In this document: piece after piece, positions 42,857-56,121 of the stretch
How the letters are laid out: each line of letters starts with the position of its first letter
Numbering within the stretch: the first letter of the stretch is position 1
Assembly (NCBI GenBank): GCA_964187785.1
Contig: OZ076411.1
Span: 35,836,001-35,900,000, forward strand
Direction: 5' to 3'
Length of the DNA stretch: 64,000 nucleotides
DNA from: Amphiscolops sp. MND2022
Lineage: Eukaryota
Notes under the pieces: generated by a model
What the model was told of the DNA's origin: nothing
Database searches by the model: none
What the model saw: the letters and a program-made list of their open reading frames with translations, nothing else
Made by a program: the position numbers and the translations under genes

Positions 42857-45511
42857 CTATACCAGATGAGGGGGGTCTGGTTGCAGGTTTTTCAAGTGTG
42901 GAGGTAGCTCGGGATGATTGGGAATCACCCGTCCCTGCACGTCAAACCACGGTGCAGTGGGCAGCCGTTCGTACTCGTCTTGGGAGAGAGAATTCCAGCG
43001 TTCTGCAACTGGTGGCAGTTTTTCGAGCTGTTGTTCTCTCCATCGACAGTCATTGGTGCGTTTGGACAAACCATCGGCATTGCGATGTTTTGTTCGTGGT
43101 CGGTGTTCGACACGGAAATGGTACTTTTCCAGTGCCATGATCCATCTACCAATGAGGGCTTGGTCTGTAGAGTTTGTTTTTAGCCACGATAGCGCTTGAT
43201 TGTCCACTCTCAACGTGAACTTTCGTGGACATAAGTAGCTGTGGTTCTTCACAATGAAATGATATGCCGCGTACAATTCTAGCTTTGGCGCTCCGTATTT
43301 GGCTTGGGTGGCGGCAAGTTTTTTGCTGCCATACACCATGGGGCGTAGGCGTCTTTCTCCAGGTGGGCCTTGCCACTGATGAAGTATGCCTGAAATGGCA
43401 ACAACACTGGCATCGGTGTCCAGCACAAATTCACCTTCGGAATCCGGTTGCGCAAGAGCAGTGGCGTCAATGAGTGTTTGAAGGCCAGTTGCTGTTCAGA
43501 TCCCCATGCAAAAGTGGTTTTAATGCCGGTGATGGCATGCAAGGGAGCTACCAATTTGGCACGCCAAGGATTAAGCTCGCGGTAGTAATTGGCAAAGCCT
43601 AGAAAGCTTTGCATTTCCGTCTTGTTACGCGGAATATCCCAGTCGCGTAGCTTTGCGACAGTTTTGGGAACAGGCTTTATTCCTTCTGCGGACACGACAC
43701 GACCTAGGTACTTGATTTCGGACTTCATGAAGTCGCATTTTGCAACCTTCATTTTGAAACCAGCTTCACGCAAGTTTTCAAAAACTTCACGGAGACGTAC
43801 CATGTGGTCTTCCGCCGTTTCTGTGGCGAGGACGATGTCATCAATGTAGGCCATCACCATGCTACCTTCACGATTCACGATTTTGCGTAGCGCTCGGGCT
43901 ATCGCTCTTCGGAAGGTGGCAGAGGCGTTACACATGCCAAAGGGCATGCGTCGCCACTCAAACAGTCCCAGTTCACAGGCAAAGGCGGTTTTCTGGCGGT
44001 CGGCTTTTCGGACGGGACTTTGCCAGAAAACCCAAGCTAAGTCGATGTTGGTGTAGATTGTAGCTTTACCCAGCCTGGCGAGGCTCTCATTAATGCGAGG
44101 CAATGGATATGCATCCTTAACGGTGACGTCGTTTAAAGTGCGAAAGTCACAACAAAAGCGTAACTCGCCATTCTTTTTCTTGACCATAACTATCCCACTT
44201 GCTCAGGGTGACAAGGAGGGCTGAATCATGCCCAGTGCGAGCAAATTGCGTACCTCTTGATTGGCACGTTCTGCCTTCTCAGAGGGCATGCGTCTCGCAC
44301 CTTCGCGATGGGGCACTGCACCTGGTTCTACTTCGACAGGATGTTTGGCTATGGTGCATCGACCAATATCAGCTTTGTGTTTCATGAACAAATCGTCAAA
44401 TTCAGTTAGAATGTTTTCGAGCGAAGCGCTGGCCTTGGGACCCCATAGGTCCTGGACCTCCTTGAGCTGTGACTCAGGTCCCTGTACTGGAGCCATGAGT
44501 TCAAGATCCGTGCGCTTGCGTATTTCGCGATCTGAAAGACCTTCCTCGGTGGGGTCTGTTGAGGACAAAAACTCGATTTCAGAAGAAGAAGTTAACTGCG
44601 AATCAGTATCAGAAATCATCTCTTCATAAATTTTGTTTACAAACGCAAATTGGTCGTTATTGACCTCAGTTTGTTGGGTTGGTTGAAGTGTAGGCTGCTG
44701 TGGAATGGCCTGGTAGACCAGTGATACAGGGACTACGTTGCCCAGCCGGGTTCCTTTTCGTATCCGCTGTGGGTTGCTGGTCAGGTTTATCACGCTGATA
44801 AAAACATGGCCTGCATCACTGACAGTGGCAAGGCTGTCCTCTAAAAACAAAATTTTACGCAGCGATGCGTCAGCGATTGCCGCATTTAGTATCACATTTT
44901 GGAATATTAATGGTTCAAGTTCATTGGTGATGAGCTTAGCTTTGACAACCGTTCGTTCGAAGGGTTGTAGAACCTGGTCGCTGTCTAATGCGACGGGAGT
45001 AGCTACAGAAGCATCACCTACCTGTGCGCATGATGCCATACGGTTTCACAGGCGCTCGGACCACTATATTCATGGAGGTTAGATCCACGAGCACTTGATA
45101 GGCTCGGAGAAAGTTACGGCCCATTAGGAAATCTTCCACGTCCATGGCATCATCCATTACGACGAAATTGGTTTCAAGTTCGTTACCTTCCAGCGGATCT
45201 GCTCGGCCAAACCAAAGGCCATTTGATTTACCGTTGGTGGCATACAAGTCGATTCGGTACGGCTTCAATACGGTGCCTGTTTGAGCGGCTACGCGGTTGA
45301 AGGCTGAAAAAGTCAGGATGGACACACCTGAACCAGTGTCAACAAGTCCTCGCAATGGAATTGGTGCCGCCTTGGGCACAACAAAGAAGACAACGAGTGA
45401 AGCGCGCTCGTCTACTCGCGCCTCACCAGTGGGTTTTTGATGATTTATGTTGTAGCACTTGAGTTCTTGGCCCAAGCAGATGCCAAGGGAAAGACATTTC
45501 CTACTACGCAA
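42857..45511 (-). pseudogene. pol: Protease, spacer, RT and RNase H of element 4
   Basis: LVDTGSG; CDFRTLN, MPFG, YIDD; LDTDAS, KLELYA, VDNQAL; split over four frames. Confidence 0.93.
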
Positions 45512-48032
45512 GCTTCAAACATTACATCTATGCTATCCATGGTGGCACAGATAGGCACGGGAGAATAAGTTGTAAGGGTGTCAGAATCCCCCGTGACGTA
45601 CCATTCCTTGGGACAGGGTAGTTCCACGCGTTTGTACAAGAGTGATAGTTCGACCGAGAGTTTGGCCAATGTAAATGTCGGCCGGCGCAATTGTTCTGCT
45701 GCCAACATCAAGTGAATAGAAATCAGCGTTCGTCCTTGAGGGTCGAACGTGGTTGGTTCCAAGCAGGTTTGAACTTGCTTGGCACCGCAGGTAATAGTCA
45801 GGGGGGTGTAGAACGCGGGTGGTTCTGCTGGGTGTAGCATTAGCACACGATCATTTTCTAAAGGTACGGTTTTGGCAGCGACTCCAGTCGATTCTACTTC
45901 TGCCCAGCGATTGGAAGCAAGCTCCTCGTTCGGGATCACAAGGTTTCCAGTACACGGTGAATCCACGTGGTCAAATATCCCGCAATGAGCACACTGGCGG
46001 ATTCCAGGATAGTTTTCCAGAACGCCATCAGTTACGTCCTCGGCTGTGATTTTCACTCCCTCGGGTTCTGGGGCAGTCGCAGGTTTGCGAGTCTGGTCGC
46101 GATTAGGACAGTCTCGAGCAAAGTGTCCAGTTTGACCACAGTTGAAGCAAGCGCCTAGGGGAAGGCGTGCGGCGGGTGGTGCTGCTGCCGGATTTGTTGG
46201 AGCGTTGTTAGCGGGTGGGGGAGGTAGAACCCCCTGAGGAAGCACCATCTTGTTGGGTGCAAAAGGATGAGGCCTTGACCTCATAGCGTACCTGGGGTCA
46301 TACGGTGCGGACTTGGATGTAGTGCGCTGCAATTGTCGGGTTGTGAATCGTAAAGATTCTACCGTGGGAGGTTTGCTAACAGTGGTTTCAGATGCATAAA
46401 TAATGGATAGTTCTCTTCGCAAGATGGGATCACGAACGCCTTCAATGAAGCACTGCAGGATTTCTTAACGCTTTGTTGTGACGGTCTCCTCAGGAAAGCC
46501 TTGCTTCGTAGCCCTTCCAGCGCGTCCAAATACTCCAACCCGTCTTTCCCGTCAGATTGTTGCCGAGTGGTAAAGGCTTGGCGCACCTGCATGCGGTTGC
46601 CTCCAGTCCCAAATCGACTAGCTGGCAATTCGAATACTTTTTCCGGGGTGTCCCTTTCAGACTCGGCTTTACAGATAATGTAATTGCGAGCCTCACCTTC
46701 CAGTTGTCCGATGATGCTCCATGCTTTATCGTCAGGAGTCGCCTTGGCCTGTGTACGCTGTAAATAACGTCGCATCACGAGGATCCAACCATCGATGGAA
46801 TCTTCCTTGGACCTTCTGTAGACTCTAGGCCTAGCTTGGGTTTGGTCACCTCCAGCCAGCAGAGGAGCCAGTTCTTTGGACATGGTCTTAGAGATGGTGG
46901 CTGTGAATCGCAGCTGCTCTGGGGAGGTTACCTCTTCTCCCTCACTAGGGGCCGGAAAGTCGTCTCGACTACCTCTGGTGGCTTGCATGGACAACTCGCC
47001 GTTCGCAAGGATTGCCTGTAAGTATTCCTTCGCTCGCGGTTAAGATTGAGGTGGTTCCAACGTTTCTTACCCTGGCAGTGGTGTAGGCTTCATCCTCCGT
47101 ATTGCTAGAGTTTGAGAGAGCAATTGCCCTTGTGTCGGTCAGGTCTATGGTCGACGATGTGGTCGGCATGGGGTCTACTCCCTGATCCCGAGTTCAGGTC
47201 AGTGACGTCATCGATGGCATTGGCACAGCGCTGAGTGAGTTGGGTGTGCACACGTGCACCTTTGTGGTTTTCTTACCCATTGGTGGCGGTATAAACACCT
47301 TGGGTTCCGTTTTGGGGCTTGTTTTCAATGTTATTGGTGGGTTGGGGTGCGCATAGGCACCATCTTACTCGTGGATGCAACGGGTTCGGCAACCTCAGCT
47401 TGCTCAACCTCCGGAGCCACTGCATGGGATACTGCACCTAGAGTACGCATCTGGTCACTAAGGTCAGCCAGCCGTACTTCTATGCATAGTTCGCGTTGGA
47501 GGAGTAAGTCCTCCATTTCATTCAGGCGGTGACCCATGGCGTCCACCTTTGCGGCTTGCGCCGTGGTGTGTTGGGTTGCGCTCCTCAGGCTACATTTCAC
47601 GGAGTCCTGCATGGCTTCCAATTCTGCAGTCATGACTTTGTGTTGCTCATTGTATTCGGCACGAGTGTCTGCCAGGCGTTCTAAGGCTCGTTGGGCTTCG
47701 GCTTCTGCTTGCAGCATTGCGGTCCGCGCAGTGGCGGCCTCCTCAACAGCCCGGTATGCCGAAGACCTTCGCAACGAGGTGGTAGATACGGTACCGTCAC
47801 GATACGATGACGCGTTCTCACGAGTTAGTTCATCTTGCACATATAATGTTGGGGGGCGCGTCCTTTGCTTGCCAGAGGCCTTTGCTCGACAAGCCTCCAG
47901 ACGATACTTGGCATAGTTCATCACACCAAAGTAAGTCATGCCTTCCAGGATAGCATCGGTATCTTTACTAGCGGGGCTGTCGTTGTCCTTGGGTGTCCCT
48001 GTGCACCCAGCACGCACGGGGGTCACATCCAC
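45445..48032 (-). pseudogene. gag: gag region of element 4
   Basis: Coiled-coil-like ORF 47331..48032, capsid-like ORF 46359..46994 (SIDGWILVMRRYL), knuckle CFNCGQTGHFARDC in 45445..46422. Confidence 0.8.
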
Positions 48033-48607
48033 CGCCGTTTAGATGGAATTGGGCCAGAACCCAGCCGTTTGAGGCGACGCCAATTCGCCTCGGTTGTCTT
48101 GAATCCATCAACCGGTAGGGATAAGTTCTTCCGATACGGGTGAATTTAAGGCCATAGCGTTTTGCTCCTCTCAACGTTGTTGATCAACAGTAACGCTGTC
48201 GCTCATTGCTTCTGAAAAAGAGGAACCGGTTAATATTGATTCCGCAGATGGCCACTCTCTCAGGCTCGCCCGACTAATAGTGTCTGAACTTTCTCGTTGG
48301 GTCGAGCTTGTCTCTTGCGTTTCGCTCGGATCGGTAGCATCAGGCGCACTAGACTAGCTAGCTTCCACCGCGTTACGCGTGAACAGTCGGACTATGGTTG
48401 CCACACTCGCCCAAAACATGGTGCTTCAACCGTTGATCTGTGACACGGCGCAAGATGATACACCAATTTCTCTAGTTTTTAAGCTATTAGGCCGTACTGC
48501 CGTTCGTCCGTAGCAATTTCTGGAAGCGTTACCCGTGTGAGAGGCGCTCAATCTGAGTGTGGGTTGTCCTTAGCACGCTAAATTCGTTCCCAGAGGTCAC
48601 CGAAGAG

Positions 48608-49395
48608 TGTCAGACCTCCAGTCATCCCGGTGTGGACTTTTTCAATCACCGTACGCTTCGAGAAGGTCGAAATTGCTTCTAAGGGTTGTAGCAGGCTCAA
48701 AATTGCACACGTAGTAGGTTCCTACCCACAAACTCAGAAAACAAGCTGAGATCTGGGTTAGGCTGTCTATGAGACGATTGGGAAGGGTTCACAATAATTT
48801 TTGACTTTTCTCGAACAATGCCAAAAAAATACAAGTGGCTCGTGTCCGTCACCTAGGTGTCGAAATTGGCTCACATTTGACCAGGGAATCCTACACACAC
48901 GTAGGTACACGGAACTGACTACTGATTTGAGTCCCGATGCTTGTACACTACCTCACCTTGGTACAGACGTGTGGTACTCCTACGTAATAATAGGGGCCAA
49001 AATGCACTCTATTTGCTCACTATCTGGGCACTGGTTGCCAGCAGCAATCCGATTTTTTGGCTAGCAGTGTGCCAACTAGTATCGATTACGTTGGTGAGCG
49101 ACGATTTGTCCTAACTTTTCGGCTAAGGTGCTCGGGCACTCAAAAAAATTTTGAAAGATTTCCCTTTTTTGTACCCGTTTTTGTGCAAAGGGTTTTGTCA
49201 ATTTCTCAACGAATGCTGCACAACGAATTGGGTCAGGTGGCATGGCACTGGTTCTCGGGTTCGGCACAACCCTGGGTCCGGATATTGCATTTACTCGGAC
49301 ATACTGATTCTGTTCGAACTGTGATGGGCACCGTGGAAATTAGCGCATAGGCTACGATTTTCCGGTTCTGTGACGTTTCACGCACTTTTTTGACA
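48608..49395 (-). repeat. Putative 5' LTR of element 4
   Basis: TGTCA...TGACA inverted termini; on the minus strand it is followed after 5 nt by CGGTGACCTCTGGG (PBS-like with one mismatch at the TGG). No second copy in the window to confirm. Confidence 0.55.
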
Positions 49396-49563
49396 TTCCG
49401 TTTCTTTTTTTCCGCCTCGTGGTCTTTGCTTGCGCTCTCCCTCTATGATTTTGCGGGACTGGTACCTCGTGAACTCATGTTTGAGGGCCACGTCACTTTT
49501 GAACAAATTTTTCAGAAAACTGTCAAACTTCGAAAATTTTGTTGATCACAGGGTGCCGTTACA

Positions 49564-50027
49564 TCTAGCAGCTTTCCGTAACAAAATCGGAGAGAATGTA
49601 TTTCTTTTGAATGAGACTTTAAAAATTTATACGGTTTTTTCGAATCCCCTACCATTTTATCCAGCGGAAAGTAGGAGATGTGGTGTTGACAATTATAATT
49701 TACTTATTTTTATAGCTTGACAACAAGTACAAGCCAGTTTTATAAACTTAACTAGATTTGACTTTTTACTCAGCGAAAAAAGTGGGACAAATCTTCACTA
49801 TTAGGTAACTTTTTTCTCTGAGTGAAAAGTCAAATCTAGTTAAGTTTATAAAACTGGCTTGTACTTATTGTCAAACTATTAAAATAAGTAAATTATAATT
49901 GTCAACACCTCATCTCCTACTTTCCGCTGGATAAAACGGTAGGGGATTCAAAAAAACCGTTCAAATTTTTAAAGTCTCATTCAAAAGAAATACATTATCG
50001 CCGATTTTGTTACGGAAAGCTGCTAGA
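49564..50027. repeat. Foldback/MITE-like inverted repeat (218-bp arms, 28-bp spacer)
   Basis: tctagcagctttccgtaac... and ...gttacggaaagctgctaga with scattered mismatches. Confidence 0.9.
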
Positions 50028-50481
50028 AGTTTCCAACGTTGAATGGCGGGTAACAAAATAGGCTGTTGTGAGACACGATCCCAACATTACACACTCACTA
50101 GAAGTCCTCGGATAAACAATAGTTGATTATTTTCCGCCCATATTTCACAAGGGAAAGGAAAATATTTAAATCAAACGGTTTCTTTAACAAAATTTGCCAA
50201 GCAAGATAGTGGGACAAATCTTCACTATTAGGTAACTATCTTTTTCACCGGGATACTTAGAGTATACAACATAAAGCGGTCAGTACTCTACACTTTCGAC
50301 ACTGGACGGACCACCTGAGATTTTCCCTTTAAAATATCCCCTACGTTGTGAACGATAATTGAGCAAAAATTGGAACGTCAGCTATTGCAGAGATTACGAG
50401 CTCAGAATGCAAAAGTAGAATTGCAACACTTTTTGTATTTCATTAAAATGTCAAAAAAAATAAACATTGGTAGCAATGACA

Positions 50482-50711
50482 AAAGTGAAAATGTCGTGAA
50501 GCAACACAGGAAAATTCTGAACCACCGGATGAAAGACTTTTTCATATGGGTTCTAGGAGGAACTGTTATAATGGGGATGACAAAAACCATGATTTATAGA
50601 TCCTGGATTTTGTCATCCCCTTTATAACAGCTTCTCCTGGAACCCATATGGAAAAGTCTTTCATCCGGTAGTTCAGAATGTTCCTGTGTTGCTTCACGAC
50701 ATTTACACTTT
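50482..50711. repeat. Imperfect inverted repeat (~112-bp arms, ~6-nt loop), MITE-like
   Basis: aaagtgaaaatgtcgtgaagc... and ...gcttcacgacatttacacttt. Confidence 0.85.
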
Positions 50712-50724
50712 ACGAAAATTCTTC

Positions 50725-50776
50725 TTTCATCGCTTGGATAAATATAATTATAATTATATTTATCCAAGTGATGAAA
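50725..50776. repeat. 52-bp spacerless AT-rich palindrome with one mismatch
   Basis: tttcatcgcttggataaatataatta|taattatatttatccaagtgatgaaa. Confidence 0.9.
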
Positions 50777-52155
50777 AAAAATTCAAAACTATGTTTTAGC
50801 CTTATGTCATCAAATGACACTTTCAAAGAAAATCAAAACCAGTCGATAAACAGTACGTCGACCCTAAGAACTGCCAAACAAATACCCCCAAGTGTGGGCA
50901 GGTCTCATCAAGATCATCGCGAACACGAAACACATGGCTTTCTATTGGCTTCGAAAATCACACAAGCAATTTGCGGTTCAGTTTGGTTTTATTGGATGTT
51001 CAATTCTCTCTCCATATGAAGTTCAAAATTTACAATTTTGCAATTTATTCTGGACCGTTTTTGCAAAACTTTGGACTTGAAAAATGCTCTAGTCAAATTG
51101 CCCATAGCATTGATGGCAGCAGAGAAAGCCGACGCATTTTGATTCCTTCTTGACAACAAGAGCTCACTTCAAAAGCTGGTTGTCCTAAATTTTCTCAAGT
51201 TATTCTTTTTTGCGTTTTTGCATTTGCGACAGACCCAACTCTGCTTAGCTTTTGTCATGAAGTGTCGGAACAATGAAGCATCAACCGTTCAGCAAATCGT
51301 GTTGTTCTGAATAATCGTAACATGATTAATTTTTCGTTTCTAATTTATAGCTTTTGAAAGTTTCTGTCACAATTCTCAGCAGAACAAACCAAGGAGATTT
51401 AAGTCGAAGGAGCTAACTATCACTTCCTAAATGTTTGCAACCACCGCCTAAAATTTTTTTCTTCAGCAAAAGAGAATAAACAGATTGCTCTTCGAAACGT
51501 TCACGGCATTATTTGAGAAGCTGGGAGTCTTGGTATGATCAGAGATTCTTTTCAATGGGTAGGAACCCAGATTCTGTTTCCAACAAACGTACAAAAAACT
51601 GCAAACTTCGAAAACTTTTTTCCAGTGTGGGTAACTTGGGAACTGTTTTTGATATAAAACCGTCTCTGCTTAGTTTTTATTCATAGAAAACCCGATGAAT
51701 TGCCAGTAATCTCGAAAACAAAAAAACTGTGCACGAAAAATAAAAAACTCAAACGGGACCTTTATTTGAGACTGCTGAATAATTTTGTTCAAAAAACCTT
51801 GTTTTGAACGCAGTCAATGTAAACGCCGTGAAAAAAAGGCCATATATATCGAATGCACTTCGAATTTGAGTCTTTCTCTTACTCAAACCTCTGAGTCAAT
51901 GCTTGACAATCATGACTGGAAAAACCAGCATGAAAGAGCGATAAATTCAATCGCTTTGATAGAATTGTACACTGTAGAGTAGGAATGTTGTACAGCTAAT
52001 GGCAACCAGAACAGAATAGGTCCTATATCATTTGACATTTCAATTAACAAAAGTCTCAACGAACGACTACAGGACATGGTCAAGGAACACAATATCGAAC
52101 AGTTCACTCTACCACTAAAAATTGTCTCGCAATTAGTTTTGACGGCTTTGCTGGG

Positions 52156-53842
52156 CTGTTGGACGACCGTACAGCAAACGATGATGTTGCGGTAGGGGCG
52201 TCTAATTGTCTGTTTATCTCCTCATTCTGCGCAATTAGTCGCTCCATCATAGTTTTTAATGTAGCCATCTCACTTTGGAGGTGTTTAAACCTTTCCTATT
52301 AGCTTGTTGGAGATCAGATTCATTAGTCGGTGAGTTTCGTCCAGATTGGATTTGTTCATTTGACGACTTATCGTTATTTTCCATATTTGAATTCTGAGTA
52401 TTGGGAGGTTCAATTGTTACGTTTCACGAGGTAGACGCTATTATTTTTCCACTTCTTAGTATTCTAGGAGAACTGTTATTCATGTGATGTAATAGAGATT
52501 AACTTTGTGGATAAGAGTTGTATTGTTAAAATTGTATGAGAATCAGATACTAAGATGCAGTTTTACAGTTGACCAGCAGGTACGTATCGACAGGCGTGTG
52601 TGTGTTTCGCTTATCTCTCTAGTAGCCCCTCTCTTGGTAAGATTCAATTCTTACCATCGGCACGTCCTACTAGGTAAGTGCTAATTAGCACTTGGTCACG
52701 TGACCAGCCATTGTGTATGTCGCAAGAGGGCTACTAGCTAAAGATTGCGCGCCAATTCAATTTTGAATCAATTACCATGAATATATAATGAAATCACGCT
52801 GGTAATACGTATCAATCACCTTCTGAGTCATGATATGCACTGCAATTACATCAAATTGGTTTTAAAAAGAACAGGATCTCAATTTGCTCAAGTTTTAAAA
52901 AAAGCGATGTAGAAATGATGATTCTATAGCACTAGAATGTTTAAATTGCAGAATTCGACAAGTTTTGTTGTTTAGACATCGTTTTCACTAGTTAGTATGG
53001 CGGTAGATGGAGTTTAGATGAATGATTTCTAGTCTGTAGTTTGTATGACCAACTAGATGTGAAAACGATGGATCATGTAAACAAGGAAGGTCAATGTAGC
53101 TAATGAGAGAGGTTACATCGCTTTATCATCGTCAATTATATTCTCACTCGTATTGTGTAGACGATGAAAGATTTTCATCGTTTTGCCATCGTGTGCATGT
53201 TCGCGTTAAATTATCAAATCGTCGCCGATGTACAAACTTTGAAGCTTCTTCATCGGTTTGACATCGTTATTGGATCAGCCCCAAATTAAAGAAGTAAGAG
53301 GATTCATCAGTCTTACATCGTTACTCTAAATTCTCTTTTTCTCGTGGCTCTATGTGGTTGAACGATGTAATATAGATGAAACCTGTTAAACTTGTAATAA
53401 AACAAAAGTTTTAGCATGAACTTCATCGTTTTAGCATCTTTAATCTGTTATTGAGTGAAAAAAGGCTTGTCGCGTTAGTTCACTCTGAGGCAGGAGCTTC
53501 CTAGCGAGTGTCAGTCTCATCTTTTCCATGTGACTGCCCGGTTTGACCGGAAGACTGCTTTTTTCTTTTGCGACAAGACATCAATGACTTATGGCACCTT
53601 TTGTGATTAGCACGACCTTAAATTGCGCACATCGGAACTAGAATGCTCAGTGAGTAATTAAATAAACTACTCAATTCTAATGGGGGGAATGAGGGGATTA
53701 GGTACAAATAAAGTAGGGTTGCTCACAACCATAGTTCTTTTTATATGACATCATATTGCCCATATCTAAGTACATAAGACATATTAGTTACATTATAGAT
53801 TTTTAGTAGATTATATTTCCATTCCATCATGCTGGCATGACA
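52156..53842 (-). repeat. Copy A of a 1.69-kb direct repeat (LTR + leader + gag start of the element 5 family)
   Basis: Roughly 90% similar by eye to 61189-62876; both end in TGACA (TGTCA on the minus strand) and include the gag start MATSK/MATLKTMMERLIAQNEE. Confidence 0.9.
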
Positions 53843-54504
53843 CTCTAGGGGGATTTGGAAGGGAGAGCAGGAGCGAAATGTGCAGAGGATGATTGTCGCA
53901 GCGTGGGCTTTGACATGGTCTTTCGTTGGTCTTGGGGGGGGAATGGCCTTCGTTGGTTCTCAATGGTTGGATCCCTTCGTTGGTTCTGTCCCATGATTAT
54001 CTTCTCTGAGAAGGAGACATCGGTCATCGTTTGAGTATCTGAGGAACGAATGACACCGTCTGGGTCTGGGAGTCCAAGGGTGTACACTCAATTGACTGGG
54101 GTGGGGCCTATGTCGCCAATGCAAAATCAATCGATGCATCACCCATTAATGCCCGGTTATCCGCAGTGTGAGTCTTCTACTGTTCCACCGAGAAATAATT
54201 CAGTTTATCATCTGTAGCATCCAGTCATCGTCATGTGCTCTCTTTGTTGTTTCAGTCTACTCTCCTTGGCAACAAACCCTTGGATCTCTATCCTTGGGAT
54301 GGTACGACGGTTATTTGCGGAACGCAGTGCAAGAGGAGCTTGCTGTTGCCAGTAAGTACCATTTTATTTAGTCGTAGGATTGGTAGGGCGTCTGAATCAG
54401 TGAGTTGTTAGCGTCATAGAAGAGTCATCTGTTTTCCATCGTAGTAGGGACAGCGATGTAGAAAGGATGAATATTGTGATTTAGCTCCGCGAGGAAGTTA
54501 CGGA

Positions 54505-56121
54505 GTGGAGAGGCCGGCAGTGCAGACCATGGCGTCAGTGGCGTGTGGTCCTGAGGCTGAAGAGGCTCGACAGACTGTTTCCACGCAAACACGACGCGAG
54601 TTTGCGATTAGATCGTCGTCAATGAGTAGTGGAGAGCCAGAAGTTGCTGTCAAAGAGGAGTCCATGGAAGCAGGTGGATCAAGCACAGAAGCTGTTGTGG
54701 GCGTCTGTGGTGGTCCTGAGGTTGCTGTCACTGTCGTCGTACCAAAAGTGTCTGGCATTGATGGTCCAAGCGTCAGTGGCACTGCCCTTTCCATGAGAGG
54801 TCCAGTTTGGTCAGGTAACTAAACAGCTTCAACGATCATGTGATTCACCGTTTTTTCAAATTGTGTTTCGTTCATAATTTTTTACACTATTGTTTTGGGT
54901 TTTGCTATTCTTTTGTTTGTTTTTGATTTTTGATTTGATTTTTTCTTTTCAAGCACGTTTCTGTGCTGTTTTGAGCTTTTTTCTCAGTGTTTTCAGTGAA
55001 AATATCGTTTTTTCATCGTGTTACTTTTGTTTAAGCTAGAGTAGTTAAAACATCGTTCTCTTATCTGGGTAGTGAATACGGATGTAGTCACTGTCGTTTT
55101 ACGTTCTGTAGAGTTATTTCATCGTTTGATCGTCAGATTGTGTTTTCAGCCGCTAAGAACAGTATCCGTTCGATCTGGTTCCAGCACGAGTATGCCGGAT
55201 TGTCGCTGGGTTCGCACGAGATCACAGGTCATCAGAGGCTTATGTGCGTTGTCTTTTCTGCAAGTGCGACTTGAAGGTCGGGAGCCGCGACATCTCGACA
55301 TACTTAGAGCACTGTCGTGAAGTCATACACCACAAGCTAGCCTGTTTGGTGCGTTCCCGGCGTGGTTTGATACTGCGTCGACGGACAGGGGCGTTGATGG
55401 GTGCTTCGGAAGCGGCTGCATTGGAGGAAGAGCTGAGAGGCTTGTCGTTGCCGGAAGTGGAGGTGTGTCCGCCCTTCTCTGTCAGAGAAGTGTTTGCAGT
55501 CGAGGCAAGAGCCGACAGTATCTGGGATTCAGGTGTTTCCGAAGTGACTGATAACGAGCGGAGCTTGCAGCTCTTTTTGTGTTTTGTTCTGGACGCTTTG
55601 TACCGAGGTGGAGACGTCACGAGTCTCACCCAACTTTGGGATTCGGTTGCGACTATTGATGTATCATATCAGAGCCTGCTGGGCGGTGGTTGTCGAAAAG
55701 AAAATGTTGTCGTAAGGATATTTTACATGTGTTGCATGAGTTACATGTTTTTTCATTGCATGTGGCTGACTGGATCGCAAATTACTGGTGCGTCAAGTTA
55801 GAGGAACTCGTGCCTGTGGGAATCAGTTGTTCTGGGATGCCCTCACTAGGCAGATTGGTGGAGGGGGGAGATGGCCGTGGAAGTGTGTCGTTGGATCCAG
55901 TGCGTCTCGAGTCAGTCATGCAGGTGATCACTGACGCGGGATTATCTGTGCTTACGGGGCAAAAAATTCATGTCGTCATGAATTTCCTGTTGTCAAAATT
56001 ACGCGATTGCCTGACAGCTCCTGATCTGATGGCTTGTCCTGCATTAGTGCGTGTAAGTGTGGTTTGTTTTTTTTGTTTTAAAACCTACTTCGATTTTGAT
56101 TGGGGGGTTGTTTTTCGTTGA
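54505..56121 (+). pseudogene. Antisense, possibly spliced cargo gene in the 3' region of element 5 (low-complexity exon, CxxC...H...H motif)
   Basis: ORFs 54505..54822, 55244..55801 and 55690..56121; donor-like GTAACT (54815), GTAAGG (55712) and GTAAGT (56053). Confidence 0.45.

Larger units (their letters stand above)
35383..49395 (-). mobile_element. Decayed ~14-kb Ty3/gypsy element (element 4) with a long accessory region; 3' LTR absent
   Basis: gag, PR, RT, RH and IN remnants in gypsy order on the minus strand; putative 5' LTR at 48608-49395; abrupt junction with the satellite at ~35383. Confidence 0.88.
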
